Of a stretch of 20,000 bases of DNA, positions 9,141 to 16,880 are shown one piece after another. Within the stretch, counting starts at the first letter, position 1. Each line of letters opens with the position of its first letter. This stretch comes from an uncultured virus (IMG/VR IMGVR_UViG_3300012344_000022) (taxonomy: Duplodnaviria > Heunggongvirae > Uroviricota > Caudoviricetes): the IMG/VR virus record IMGVR_UViG_3300012344_000022; one strand, written 5' to 3'. Made by a program: the position numbers and the translations under genes. The notes under the pieces are model-generated. The model did not search any database, was not told the origin of the DNA, and was given only the letters and a program-made list of their open reading frames with translations.

Positions 9141-10514
9141 TTATACAGTAGGCCACTCAGTCAACCACACAAGAGTAGCATCAGCAACTGCCTTGTCAGC
9201 ATATTTCTTTGCGCCTTTTATAGTATTGGATACATCAGTGTCATCATCCTTTCCAAGAAGTTCAGTCTTCACTGCATCAGCAGCACCCTTCTTATCATAT
9301 AATTCAGCAAAATCAGGAGCAACAACTTCAACTGCACTTACTTCACCCTTTGATGAAGAAACCTTTACACTTACTCCATTTGATTCTCCTGTTTTTTCAC
9401 CGGCAAGATTATCAATAAGTCCTTTTGCAGTTCCTTTTATTTCATATGCACCTTCATCTCCAAATTCAACCCATTTTGCACCATCATATACAAATTCCTT
9501 GACTCCCCAGAGAACAATATCACCGGATTTAGGAGTATATCCATCTTTTGCAGCAACAGCAGAATCAAGTGTTTCTCCTTCAACTATGCCTGCAAAATGC
9601 ATAGCACCTGCAAGATCTGCAACACTATCCTTTACAAATGCAGCAACCTGTTTTGCATTTACAAGATTTTCATCAACTGAATCAATAATGATATCATCTG
9701 TTGCGAAATCCTTTCCTGCGGCTGTTCCAAGAGTGTCCTTTACAATTTTTGCTGCATCATCTGCATATTTCTTTGCACCAGCAATAGTTGCAGAATCCTT
9801 TGTATCATCAGCACCACCAAGAAGTTCAGTCTTCACTGCATCAGCAGCACCCTTCTCATCATATTCACCAGCAGCAGAATCATCCCAAGATTTTACCTTT
9901 TCAGCAGAAATTCCAGACAATACAGAAGCATTTTCAAATGCATCCTGTTTTCCATTCCATTTCAATCTTTCTTCAGATGTAATATGTACATCCTTATCAT
10001 TTACATGATCATCAATTACACTTACTATTGTCTCCAGTGCATCCTGAACATCATTTATAGGTTCACTATCATTACCAAACTCGAAACCTGGATTAATAGT
10101 TATATCCTTTGCAAGTCCAGTAGTCGCAACTTTTGATAATTTGATATCATCAGCAACCTTATTTGAAATCTTTCCATCAGATTCAACAACACCTGATTTG
10201 ATGGTAACTACACCATCAGCAACACTTGCAATATCGGCAGAACCAGAAAGTTTTGCAATCTCTCCTGCAATATAGTCTGTGAGTTTAAGTGTAAACAATT
10301 CTGTACCGTCAACATTTTTGAAAGATACCACACCGGCATTATTCACTTCAGCAGACTTTACCTCACCAGATTTATCCTGATCTACATTATCAAGTTTGAT
10401 GAATTTCTCACCATCACAGTAGTAGATCCCCCCCCCTGTGATAGATACAAATGAACCTTTACCATTTACATTTGCAACAGGAAGTTGATCCAGTACATAA
10501 AATTTAACATTCAT
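9141..10514 (-). CDS. Putative tail-fibre/virion structural protein with an internal repeat
   Basis: Ala/Asp/Lys/Gly-rich, 457 aa. Contains the fibre-like motif HVNDKDVHITSEERLKWNGKQD and two copies of YDxKGAADAVKTELLG..DDT..S.TI.GAKKYAD. A G9 tract occupies codons 27-29. Confidence 0.7.
   Translation of the reverse strand: MNVKFYVLDQLPVANVNGKGSFVSITGGGIYYCDGEKFIKLDNVDQDKSGEVKSAEVNNAGVVSFKNVDGTELFTLKLTDYIAGEIAKLSGSADIASVADGVVTIKSGVVESDGKISNKVADDIKLSKVATTGLAKDITINPGFEFGNDSEPINDVQDALETIVSVIDDHVNDKDVHITSEERLKWNGKQDAFENASVLSGISAEKVKSWDDSAAGEYDEKGAADAVKTELLGGADDTKDSATIAGAKKYADDAAKIVKDTLGTAAGKDFATDDIIIDSVDENLVNAKQVAAFVKDSVADLAGAMHFAGIVEGETLDSAVAAKDGYTPKSGDIVLWGVKEFVYDGAKWVEFGDEGAYEIKGTAKGLIDNLAGEKTGESNGVSVKVSSSKGEVSAVEVVAPDFAELYDKKGAADAVKTELLGKDDDTDVSNTIKGAKKYADKAVADATLVWLTEWPTV
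9199..9863. repeat. Direct repeat pair of about 100 bp (starting 9199 and 9763) with a 40-bp perfect core (9253..9292 = 9817..9856)
   Basis: ccaagaagttcagtcttcactgcatcagcagcacccttct occurs twice, 564 nt (188 codons) apart, in frame. Confidence 0.9.
10428..10436 (-). repeat. G9 homopolymer on the coding strand, encoding Gly-Gly-Gly
   Basis: The + strand reads C9 (gat-ccccccccc-tgtg). It is the only long G/C run I saw in this AT-rich window. Confidence 0.9.
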
Positions 10515-10537
10515 AATTTATTGTTTTTATTTTATTT

Positions 10538-10765
10538 TTATTTATTATTTTCATTAACAGGAAATTCTGTCAACCATTTCATCTTGTCATCCACAATTTT
10601 CTCAACACTTTCATATACATCACTCTTAATATCATTACCATCAATATCTTTTTTTATGGAAAGTGCATCTGCAACTGTAGAATTTATGACAGTATCCTTC
10701 ATTTTCTTTTCAAAATTATCCCTGAATCGTTTCAGTCCAGAGAAATCCAAGTATTTATTACCCAT
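10538..10765 (-). CDS. Small (75 aa) fibre-associated protein
   Basis: Likely start is ATG 10765 (MGNKYLDFSGLKRF; KYLD..GL..F is a typical fibre N-terminal motif). Ends with WLTEFP, like the WLTEWP of the downstream gene. Confidence 0.6.
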   Translation of the reverse strand: MGNKYLDFSGLKRFRDNFEKKMKDTVINSTVADALSIKKDIDGNDIKSDVYESVEKIVDDKMKWLTEFPVNENNK

Positions 10766-10775
10766 ATGTTTAATT

Positions 10776-11444
10776 TTATATAACCAGATATAAATCACCA
10801 TCATCTCCTGATGTGGTCTCGGTAGGAACAGCAGAACCTGTAGTATAATAATTCACAATAAGATTACCTGAAACCGATGCAACTGTTGTTCCATTGCTTT
10901 TTATACTTGCAGTATTACCCTTTACAAGCTGATTTGCATCAATGTCAATACCCACAGCCTTTATGGTCTGTATGCCTGCAAGCCATTGTTTTGCAGAGAT
11001 TGTCTTGTCAGTTGTCCCCGGTATGATTGTTTCTGCATTTTTCACATCAAGCTGTTTTGTATTGTTTGCCTGACCACCTTTCACATATCCTTCACCTATA
11101 ATTGAAGTTACAGTAATAAGTCCATTATCTGATATAGTTATTTTAGGTGTCCCCACATTTCCATCCGGTATCTTGACAACAACCTTTCCTGTTCCGTCAT
11201 AATATCCTTTCGGTATTGAAATCTCCTGATTTTGTGCAACTACTGTCTCATCTATTGTCTGTTTCTCAATTTTTGCAATAGCCCTTGCCTGTATATCAAT
11301 AGTATCCCCGAGACTTACTGTACCTGTACCGTCTATTGTTGTGTCCTTCACCAGACCGAGTTCGACAGTTTTTTTCTTGATGGTTTCTGCTGCTCCGTCA
11401 ATTCTGGAGATTTCCTCCGTTATATTTGTCTTTATATCCACCAT
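10776..11444 (-). CDS. Putative tail-fibre-like structural protein (222 aa)
   Basis: Fibre-type motifs ISIPKGYYDGTGKV and TIIPGTTDKTISAKQWLAGIQTIK, and C-terminal GSAVP....GDDGDLYL. First gene after the late-promoter-like box. Confidence 0.65.
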   Translation of the reverse strand: MVDIKTNITEEISRIDGAAETIKKKTVELGLVKDTTIDGTGTVSLGDTIDIQARAIAKIEKQTIDETVVAQNQEISIPKGYYDGTGKVVVKIPDGNVGTPKITISDNGLITVTSIIGEGYVKGGQANNTKQLDVKNAETIIPGTTDKTISAKQWLAGIQTIKAVGIDIDANQLVKGNTASIKSNGTTVASVSGNLIVNYYTTGSAVPTETTSGDDGDLYLVI

Positions 11445-11455
11445 ATCTTATATCT

Positions 11456-11472
11456 TATATTATATTTATGAA
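11456..11472 (-). promoter_or_regulatory. Putative late promoter (TTCATAAATATAATATA)
   Basis: Identical to 911..927. Lies directly after a terminator and 11 nt before ATG 11444. Confidence 0.6.
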
Positions 11473-11505
11473 GAAATGACAAGTTTGAAAACTTGTCATT
11501 TCTTT
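11471..11505 (-). terminator. Intrinsic terminator overlapping the stop of 11496..11975
   Basis: Long perfect inverted repeat aagaaatgacaagtt...aacttgtcatttctt. Confidence 0.8.
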
Positions 11506-11975
11506 TTCCATATTTTATATCTGCTGATAGTTGTGCAGAAATCAATTATTTCAATAAAGTCCTTATTTGTTATCTTATGTCCCTTATATGTAGAAATGCA
11601 ATATGTGTTCTTCCTAAAATATTTTGACAATTCCTTCATTTCAGGATATTCATCACATATACTATTGAACTCTTGCTCTGACAATATAAAATAAACATTA
11701 TATAAACCTATTTCATCATAAACACCATAAATGAATAATTCTTTCTCCCTGTTTCCCAAAATCATTACAGGTATTCTCACTATTGTTCCAGATACCTTTT
11801 GAAAAATACTTGTATCAGTACCACCGAATATCCTTTCATAATTGCTTTGAAAATAATCAAGAAATTGATAGCAGTCAAGATGATTTATATCATCTTCTTT
11901 CCTTGATTTTCCGGAAAGATCTCTTTTTGCAATATCTCCAAGAATTCCTTCCATTATTTCACTCATTTTTTTCAT
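11496..11975 (-). CDS. Leader-family hypothetical protein A (159 aa)
   Basis: Likely start is ATG 11975: MKKMSEIME-GILGDIAKRDLSGKSRKEDDINHL. Paralogous to 11978..12442 and 16371..16817. Confidence 0.8.
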   Translation of the reverse strand: MKKMSEIMEGILGDIAKRDLSGKSRKEDDINHLDCYQFLDYFQSNYERIFGGTDTSIFQKVSGTIVRIPVMILGNREKELFIYGVYDEIGLYNVYFILSEQEFNSICDEYPEMKELSKYFRKNTYCISTYKGHKITNKDFIEIIDFCTTISRYKIWKKK

Positions 11976-12439
11976 ACCTATTTCTTTCTCCAAATTTGTT
12001 CTTCACCTATTTTTATAATGTCATCAATGAATTTCAATGTAAATTCATTTGTCAATGTATCTGGTGGGATCACCTTATATCCACCTGTAGGTATTGTAGG
12101 TCTTATTTTATATTTTTTAAAAAAATTTGGATATTCCTTATATAAAGAATTATATACACTTTCCGGCATTTTTAGTATAATTTTATCCGGTTCTGAATTC
12201 TTGAATTCATAAAGCATACTATATATATAAATATCATTATTCAAAATAGGTATCTGTAAATATTGAAAACCACTATTACCCGAACCCAATGACAATATTT
12301 CTCTTGGACCATATTTGAACACACATTCATAATGTGATTCAAAATATTTTTTAAACCCATCTTTATCCAATAGATTTATATCATCTTCTTTCCTTGTTTT
12401 TCCGGAAAGATCTCTTTTTGCAATGTCACCAAGTATTCC
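11882..12439. repeat. 67-bp direct repeat (11882..11948 and 12373..12439) encoding the shared leader
   Basis: 63/67 identical by manual alignment. The flanking coding sequence is not obviously alignable at DNA level. Confidence 0.9.
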
Positions 12440-12442
12440 CAT
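11978..12442 (-). CDS. Leader-family hypothetical protein B (154 aa)
   Basis: Likely start is ATG 12442, 1 nt after the terL stop: MGILGDIAKRDLSGKTRKEDDINLL. Ends IWRKK, like the IWKKK of paralogue A. Confidence 0.8.
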   Translation of the reverse strand: MGILGDIAKRDLSGKTRKEDDINLLDKDGFKKYFESHYECVFKYGPREILSLGSGNSGFQYLQIPILNNDIYIYSMLYEFKNSEPDKIILKMPESVYNSLYKEYPNFFKKYKIRPTIPTGGYKVIPPDTLTNEFTLKFIDDIIKIGEEQIWRKK

Positions 12443-12443
12443 A

Positions 12444-14312
12444 TCAATTATAAAGTCCTTTATTTCCAAAATATCCATCAAACCCATTATTCAGATAATC
12501 TGAATCGGTCTTATATATATTATTCATATTTCTATAATTATCATACAGACTCTCATATTGATCATCAACTCTGCTCTCATAAAGTCCGCTGATTTCCTTG
12601 TTTTCCTCAAGTCCCATCACTTCCTCCATCATCACATCAAAATAAGGATGATCAAATATTGCTGTCACATCGACAGTGGACATAGCCAAATCATCATGAT
12701 CCCTGCTTGCCTTCCATGTGTTTCCTGACTTACTGAACACCTCAAACTCACTTACCGTGTCTTCATCTGTCACCACAATGTTATCATTTGCAATCATTCC
12801 CTTCAATGTTATGCACAATACTGGTTTGTTGTCAGCTTTCACTTTCAAACCATACTTTCTGGTCTTTGAGTCCTCACTATGAAAAAATCTCAATATTGTG
12901 GACATATCAAATTCATTCTTGTCCCCAAACACAGTCTGCATAAGATTCATAAATGCATTTCCAAAAGCATTGTATTCACATACAACCCTCACATTATCTG
13001 GTCCTATTACCTTCATCACAAGTATGTAAAGAAGTTTCGCGAGTTTTTCTAGTGTAGTAATGTTGCTCTTGAATCTTCCGACCTGAACAAGCTGAAAATA
13101 GTCCTGTTTCTTCACATCCTTGTCAGGATCATCAATGTCCTTTATGGAAGTCTTGTCCTTCATTCTCAAGTTGAATATATTTATGACTGAATTGTCTCCG
13201 CCACCACCTTCGGCAAGATCCACACCCAATACCCATCTCTTGTCAGGATTATGCAAATCTGTTATATCAAAATCAGGATGGAAAAGAAGATCGACATATT
13301 CATCCTCCCAATATTTTTCAAGAACAGGTATCTCCTTTCTCACATATCTTGTCCTTCCCTTCTGTAATTTAGCCAGACTGTCAGGGGAAAGAAGTGTATT
13401 TCCTGTAGAAAGAAATGAATTACCAAATTGTCTCATAAACTCATCCTCTCCTCCACAGTCTGCAATGGTCTTTTCCTTCCATGCTTCATCCCTTCCCGGA
13501 ACCTGCCACCAGTCCACCCTTATAGGATGATATGAATTCGTGCCATCAACCGCACCCTGATATATGTCATAGAATTTGTTATAACCATTCGGTGTGGAAG
13601 TTATGATGATTTTCGAGTCTTCCATTGAAGATACGGTAGGCATTATGTTTTCATAGAATTCATTGAGAACAGACGGTTCGACATGGGCGAATTCGTCGAT
13701 CAGCAATTCATGTATCGTGAAACCTATAAAACTGCGCTTTGTAGTTGCTTGAGCAATAATTCTACATCCATTTTCAAAAACTATCATGGTTTGATTATAA
13801 ACCTTGATACCAGGCTTCATATAAAAAGGAAGATAATTCATAATTTCCTTCAACTTATCCATAATCTCTATTGCTGTAACAAGTTTATTAGCTGCAATAC
13901 CAATATTTCTGTCAATATTGAATATGGCACTATGTAAAAGAAATAATGCAGCTGTAACTGTTTTTCCACTCTGACGTGCGGAAAGTGTGCAGCAGAATCG
14001 ATAATTTTGATAACTTCTTAACATGTCTTCTTGATAATCTCTCAATGTTATAGGCAAGTATCCTTTACTTCCATGAAGACAATATCCAAAATTATTTGCA
14101 AAATAAATAACATCTTGTGATGATTTTGTCAACTCTTCTATTTCCTCTTTTGTATATTCAAATGAAAGACCTGCTCTTTTCAAACCAACCTGACCATCAA
14201 GCCAAGGATTTTCTTTATGAAATACTCCTTCAGCATGATCTCTCATCCAGTCATCAACAAGCTTAGAACTCCAAACAGTTGCTTTTATCTTATTTTTGTT
14301 ATCTTTATCCAT
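12444..14312 (-). CDS. terL: Terminase large subunit (T4 gp17-like)
   Basis: LRDYQ, Walker A ARQSGKT, Walker B LLIDEFAH, coupling motif ITSTPNG, nuclease GVDLAEGGGGDNS and HDDLAMS. Likely start is ATG 14312. No intein or intron is visible. Confidence 0.95.
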   Translation of the reverse strand: MDKDNKNKIKATVWSSKLVDDWMRDHAEGVFHKENPWLDGQVGLKRAGLSFEYTKEEIEELTKSSQDVIYFANNFGYCLHGSKGYLPITLRDYQEDMLRSYQNYRFCCTLSARQSGKTVTAALFLLHSAIFNIDRNIGIAANKLVTAIEIMDKLKEIMNYLPFYMKPGIKVYNQTMIVFENGCRIIAQATTKRSFIGFTIHELLIDEFAHVEPSVLNEFYENIMPTVSSMEDSKIIITSTPNGYNKFYDIYQGAVDGTNSYHPIRVDWWQVPGRDEAWKEKTIADCGGEDEFMRQFGNSFLSTGNTLLSPDSLAKLQKGRTRYVRKEIPVLEKYWEDEYVDLLFHPDFDITDLHNPDKRWVLGVDLAEGGGGDNSVINIFNLRMKDKTSIKDIDDPDKDVKKQDYFQLVQVGRFKSNITTLEKLAKLLYILVMKVIGPDNVRVVCEYNAFGNAFMNLMQTVFGDKNEFDMSTILRFFHSEDSKTRKYGLKVKADNKPVLCITLKGMIANDNIVVTDEDTVSEFEVFSKSGNTWKASRDHDDLAMSTVDVTAIFDHPYFDVMMEEVMGLEENKEISGLYESRVDDQYESLYDNYRNMNNIYKTDSDYLNNGFDGYFGNKGLYN

Positions 14313-14328
14313 AATCAGCAATTTTATG

Positions 14329-14336
14329 CAAATATA
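14329..14336 (-). promoter_or_regulatory. Bacteroidota-type -7 promoter box (TATATTTG)
   Basis: Matches the TAnnTTTG consensus and is followed by CA, 16 nt upstream of the terL ATG in the 46-bp divergent intergenic region. Confidence 0.45.
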
Positions 14337-14358
14337 AAAAATACATTATATATTATTT

Positions 14359-15675
14359 ATGGATCTTCAAATAAGAGATAATTTGAACAGAACAGATAAG
14401 ACTGAAGTATGGAATTTTATGTTGAACGAGTCATCAAAAATAGACAAATCCCATAAACTCTGCAACCCTGGTGGTTTCAAAAAATATTTTCCTGAATTAT
14501 ATAATCAAATAATAAATGATTCAAATCTTGATAAGTATGAATCATTCAAACAAAAAATGTGGCATTTTTTCAATAATGATTATACAATTCATTACTGTCC
14601 TGTATGTGGGAAAGAACAAAAATTTATGTCAATCATAAAAGGTTACAGACAATTTTGTTCAAATGAATGTAAATATAATGATGAAAATTATCTCAAAAAA
14701 GTAAGTGATAATTTGAAAGAACAATGGAAAGAAAACAAAAATAGACAAAATACTATTCAAAAACTTAGTGAAGGAAGAGACAAATGGTGGGCAAGTTTGA
14801 ATAAAGAAGAAAGATTATTACACATTCAACCACTTCATAATGCAATGCGAGCATCAATCAAAAATATGAGTGATGATGATAGAAAAAAAATGTATAAAAA
14901 AGTTTCCGAAAAAAGTCAAATTACAAGAAGTAACTGGTCTCAGGAAAAGAAAAATGAAATATTGAGAAGACAAGTATCATCATATAAAAAATCACTATCA
15001 TCCAGATCTCAAGAAAAGAAAAGACAAGTAAGTGAAAATATAGCAAATGGTCTCAAAAATATGTCTCCAGAACAAAAAAAATTGAGAAACGAACATCTTC
15101 ATCAAACAAAACTCAAGAAAACACAGGATATGCATCCTGAAGTAATAGAAATATATACAAAAAAAGGAAACAAGAACACAATATATACATGCAAGTGTCA
15201 GAACCCAGAATGCAACAAATGCGAATCAAAAATATTCAAGACAACATTCGGATCTTTCATATATAGAAAGAAAATGAAGATGGAACTGTGTCCCATCTGT
15301 CATCCGAATACAATAGGAACATCATCGGGTGAAAAAGATCTTTTTGAATATGTGAAGTCCATTTATTCAGGCATTATACTTGCAAACGACAGATCTGTTC
15401 TTGATGGAAAGGAAATAGACATTTATCTTCCGGATTTGAAGATAGGTTTTGAATATCAGGGTGATATGTGGCATGCAAACCCCATTCTGTTTGATAAAAG
15501 TTATGTCAATCCAATAAATCACAAAACTTATGATGAAATTCATAAAATGGATGAAGAGAAGAAAGCTTATGCTGAAAGCAAAGGAATTCTACTGGTTTAT
15601 ATATGGGAGACAGACTGGATTGAACACCCGAGACTGACCAGAAGAATGATAAAAGACCTCATAAATACCTTATGA
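14359..15675 (+). CDS. Free-standing homing-type endonuclease (Zn ribbons plus a C-terminal Vsr/DUF559-like PD-(D/E)xK domain)
   Basis: CPVCG..FCSNEC, basic helical repeats (SQEKK, SQEKK, SPEQKK), CKCQNPECNKC/CPICHP, then S.GEK, EIDIYLPDLKIGFEYQGDMWH and IWETDW. Confidence 0.8.
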   Translation: MDLQIRDNLNRTDKTEVWNFMLNESSKIDKSHKLCNPGGFKKYFPELYNQIINDSNLDKYESFKQKMWHFFNNDYTIHYCPVCGKEQKFMSIIKGYRQFCSNECKYNDENYLKKVSDNLKEQWKENKNRQNTIQKLSEGRDKWWASLNKEERLLHIQPLHNAMRASIKNMSDDDRKKMYKKVSEKSQITRSNWSQEKKNEILRRQVSSYKKSLSSRSQEKKRQVSENIANGLKNMSPEQKKLRNEHLHQTKLKKTQDMHPEVIEIYTKKGNKNTIYTCKCQNPECNKCESKIFKTTFGSFIYRKKMKMELCPICHPNTIGTSSGEKDLFEYVKSIYSGIILANDRSVLDGKEIDIYLPDLKIGFEYQGDMWHANPILFDKSYVNPINHKTYDEIHKMDEEKKAYAESKGILLVYIWETDWIEHPRLTRRMIKDLINTL

Positions 15676-16367
15676 AAACAGGAATAGTTGTAAATGCATA
15701 TGATCCCAAACACAAGGGTCGCTGTCAGATAAGGGTCATGTCTCTTCATACACAAACTGTCAATGGAAAGTATGTAATCCTTGATGATGATCTCCCATGG
15801 GCACTTCCTGCTCCCACAAATACATCAGGTGGAAGTTATGCAACTCCAAAAGTAGGGGACAGAGTATATGTAGATGTAAAGGACAAATATAATATCTTTT
15901 ATTATGGTCCTGTGGAAGTAACTGGGTCAATAAAGGACTTGATGCATAACAATGCAGAAGACAGTGAAAGACTGAAGGTCATTGCATTTTCAGAAGACTT
16001 CAATGATGATGGCACAAAGGACTATGTGAAGATATATTATCTTCCTGAAGAAGGGTTGAAGATAGAATGCAATGGAAATTTCATCACATTGCCGAAATAT
16101 GACGAGATGAAGATAGAGACAAAGGGAGGTGCAGGTTTTTCTGTCAATACAAGAACAAATGACATAACCATACATACGGACTCAAATGTGAATCTTGATT
16201 GCAAAGAAATAAATCTGACAGCAGATGCAGAAGAAAAACTCATACTGGGGTCAAAACTGATGAAGAAGTTCAATGAACACACACATTTCATACCCAGCGG
16301 AGTCTCGAACCCACCGATAGAAAAACTTACACCGGATGATTTTTCAAAAAAAATAAAAATAGGATAA
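15672..16367 (+). CDS. Baseplate hub/spike protein (gp5 N-terminal OB-fold / gpV-like), without a lysozyme domain
   Basis: GIVVNAYDPKHKGRCQIRV, DLPWALP and PKVGDRVYV, a beta-strand-rich C-terminal half and a terminal FNEHTH (HxH apex motif). ATGA overlap with the endonuclease. Confidence 0.85.
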   Translation: MKTGIVVNAYDPKHKGRCQIRVMSLHTQTVNGKYVILDDDLPWALPAPTNTSGGSYATPKVGDRVYVDVKDKYNIFYYGPVEVTGSIKDLMHNNAEDSERLKVIAFSEDFNDDGTKDYVKIYYLPEEGLKIECNGNFITLPKYDEMKIETKGGAGFSVNTRTNDITIHTDSNVNLDCKEINLTADAEEKLILGSKLMKKFNEHTHFIPSGVSNPPIEKLTPDDFSKKIKIG

Positions 16368-16370
16368 AAT

Positions 16371-16817
16371 ATGGGTATACTTGGGGATATTGCAAGAAGA
16401 GATCTCACTGGAAACAAGAAGAAAGAAGATGACATTAATCATCTCAATATGGAAAATCTCAAAGACTATATAAATGATAATTATGTCATAACACCTTATT
16501 GGGAAGTAATCATAGAAGGAAAAAACACAATAAAGATTCCTATGATAAATATCAATTATGTAGGTTTGAAAAGACTCCGCAATGTATCTTTTCTTGACTA
16601 TTTGCAAAATAAAGATATAAAAATATATAATCCTGCATTTTATGTTGTTCCTGAATTGAAGACTGCATTGAAAGAAAAATACAAGACAAAAGAATGGGAT
16701 GATTATATGCACATTTATTCAAATAATGATAAAGTTGATAATAATTTCTTCATAAATGTTCTTGATTTTATCATAAATGAACTTGGAGATAAATCAATCA
16801 CCAATAAGAAATCATAA
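16371..16817 (+). CDS. Leader-family hypothetical protein C (148 aa)
   Basis: Begins MGILGDIARRDLTGNKKKEDDINHL. Weak full-length similarity to A and B (Y...Y, IP, N..FI..(I/L)DF). Confidence 0.8.
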   Translation: MGILGDIARRDLTGNKKKEDDINHLNMENLKDYINDNYVITPYWEVIIEGKNTIKIPMININYVGLKRLRNVSFLDYLQNKDIKIYNPAFYVVPELKTALKEKYKTKEWDDYMHIYSNNDKVDNNFFINVLDFIINELGDKSITNKKS

Positions 16818-16821
16818 ATTG

Positions 16822-16850
16822 AAGGATGGAACACAGTTTCATCCTTTTCT
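16822..16850 (+). terminator. Intrinsic terminator
   Basis: aaggatggaac aca gtttcatcctt plus ttct, directly after the stop at 16817. Confidence 0.7.
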
Positions 16851-16851
16851 G

Positions 16852-16860
16852 CATAAATAA
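16852..16860 (+). promoter_or_regulatory. Putative late promoter core CATAAATAA
   Basis: Same CATAAATA core as 911..927 and 11456..11472, again placed immediately after a terminator and before a structural gene. Confidence 0.5.
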
Positions 16861-16880
16861 TTTATATATGTTGTTGATAT

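Noticed and set aside
9103..10008. 301-aa + strand ORF
   Set aside because: Antisense shadow of the Ala/Asp-rich 457-aa gene: Ser/Ala/Phe low-complexity product, GTG start inside a terminator, and it mirrors the repeat of the real gene.
11972..11980. Possible TAG-to-Gln recoding: the only TAG stop among the called genes is followed by GTA TGA, whose TGA overlaps the next ATG
   Set aside because: All large genes are intact in the standard code with no in-frame TAG, and the TAG aligns with the stop of paralogue A (IWRKK* versus IWKKK*). There is no positive evidence of recoding in this window.
11882..12439. Repeat pair as a DGR template/variable repeat or a CRISPR array
   Set aside because: Only two copies, both coding and N-terminal, with no consistent adenine-specific mismatch pattern. 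No reverse transcriptase, cas gene or spacer periodicity is present in the window.
12444..15675. Intron or intein in terL associated with the endonuclease
   Set aside because: The terL ORF is continuous, with all motifs and no Hint-domain signatures. The endonuclease lies outside it on the opposite strand.
14883..16353. A8 runs (for example 14883..14890 and 16346..16353) as slippage sites
   Set aside because: Expected by chance in Lys-rich, AT-rich coding sequence, and no extended alternative frame was identified.
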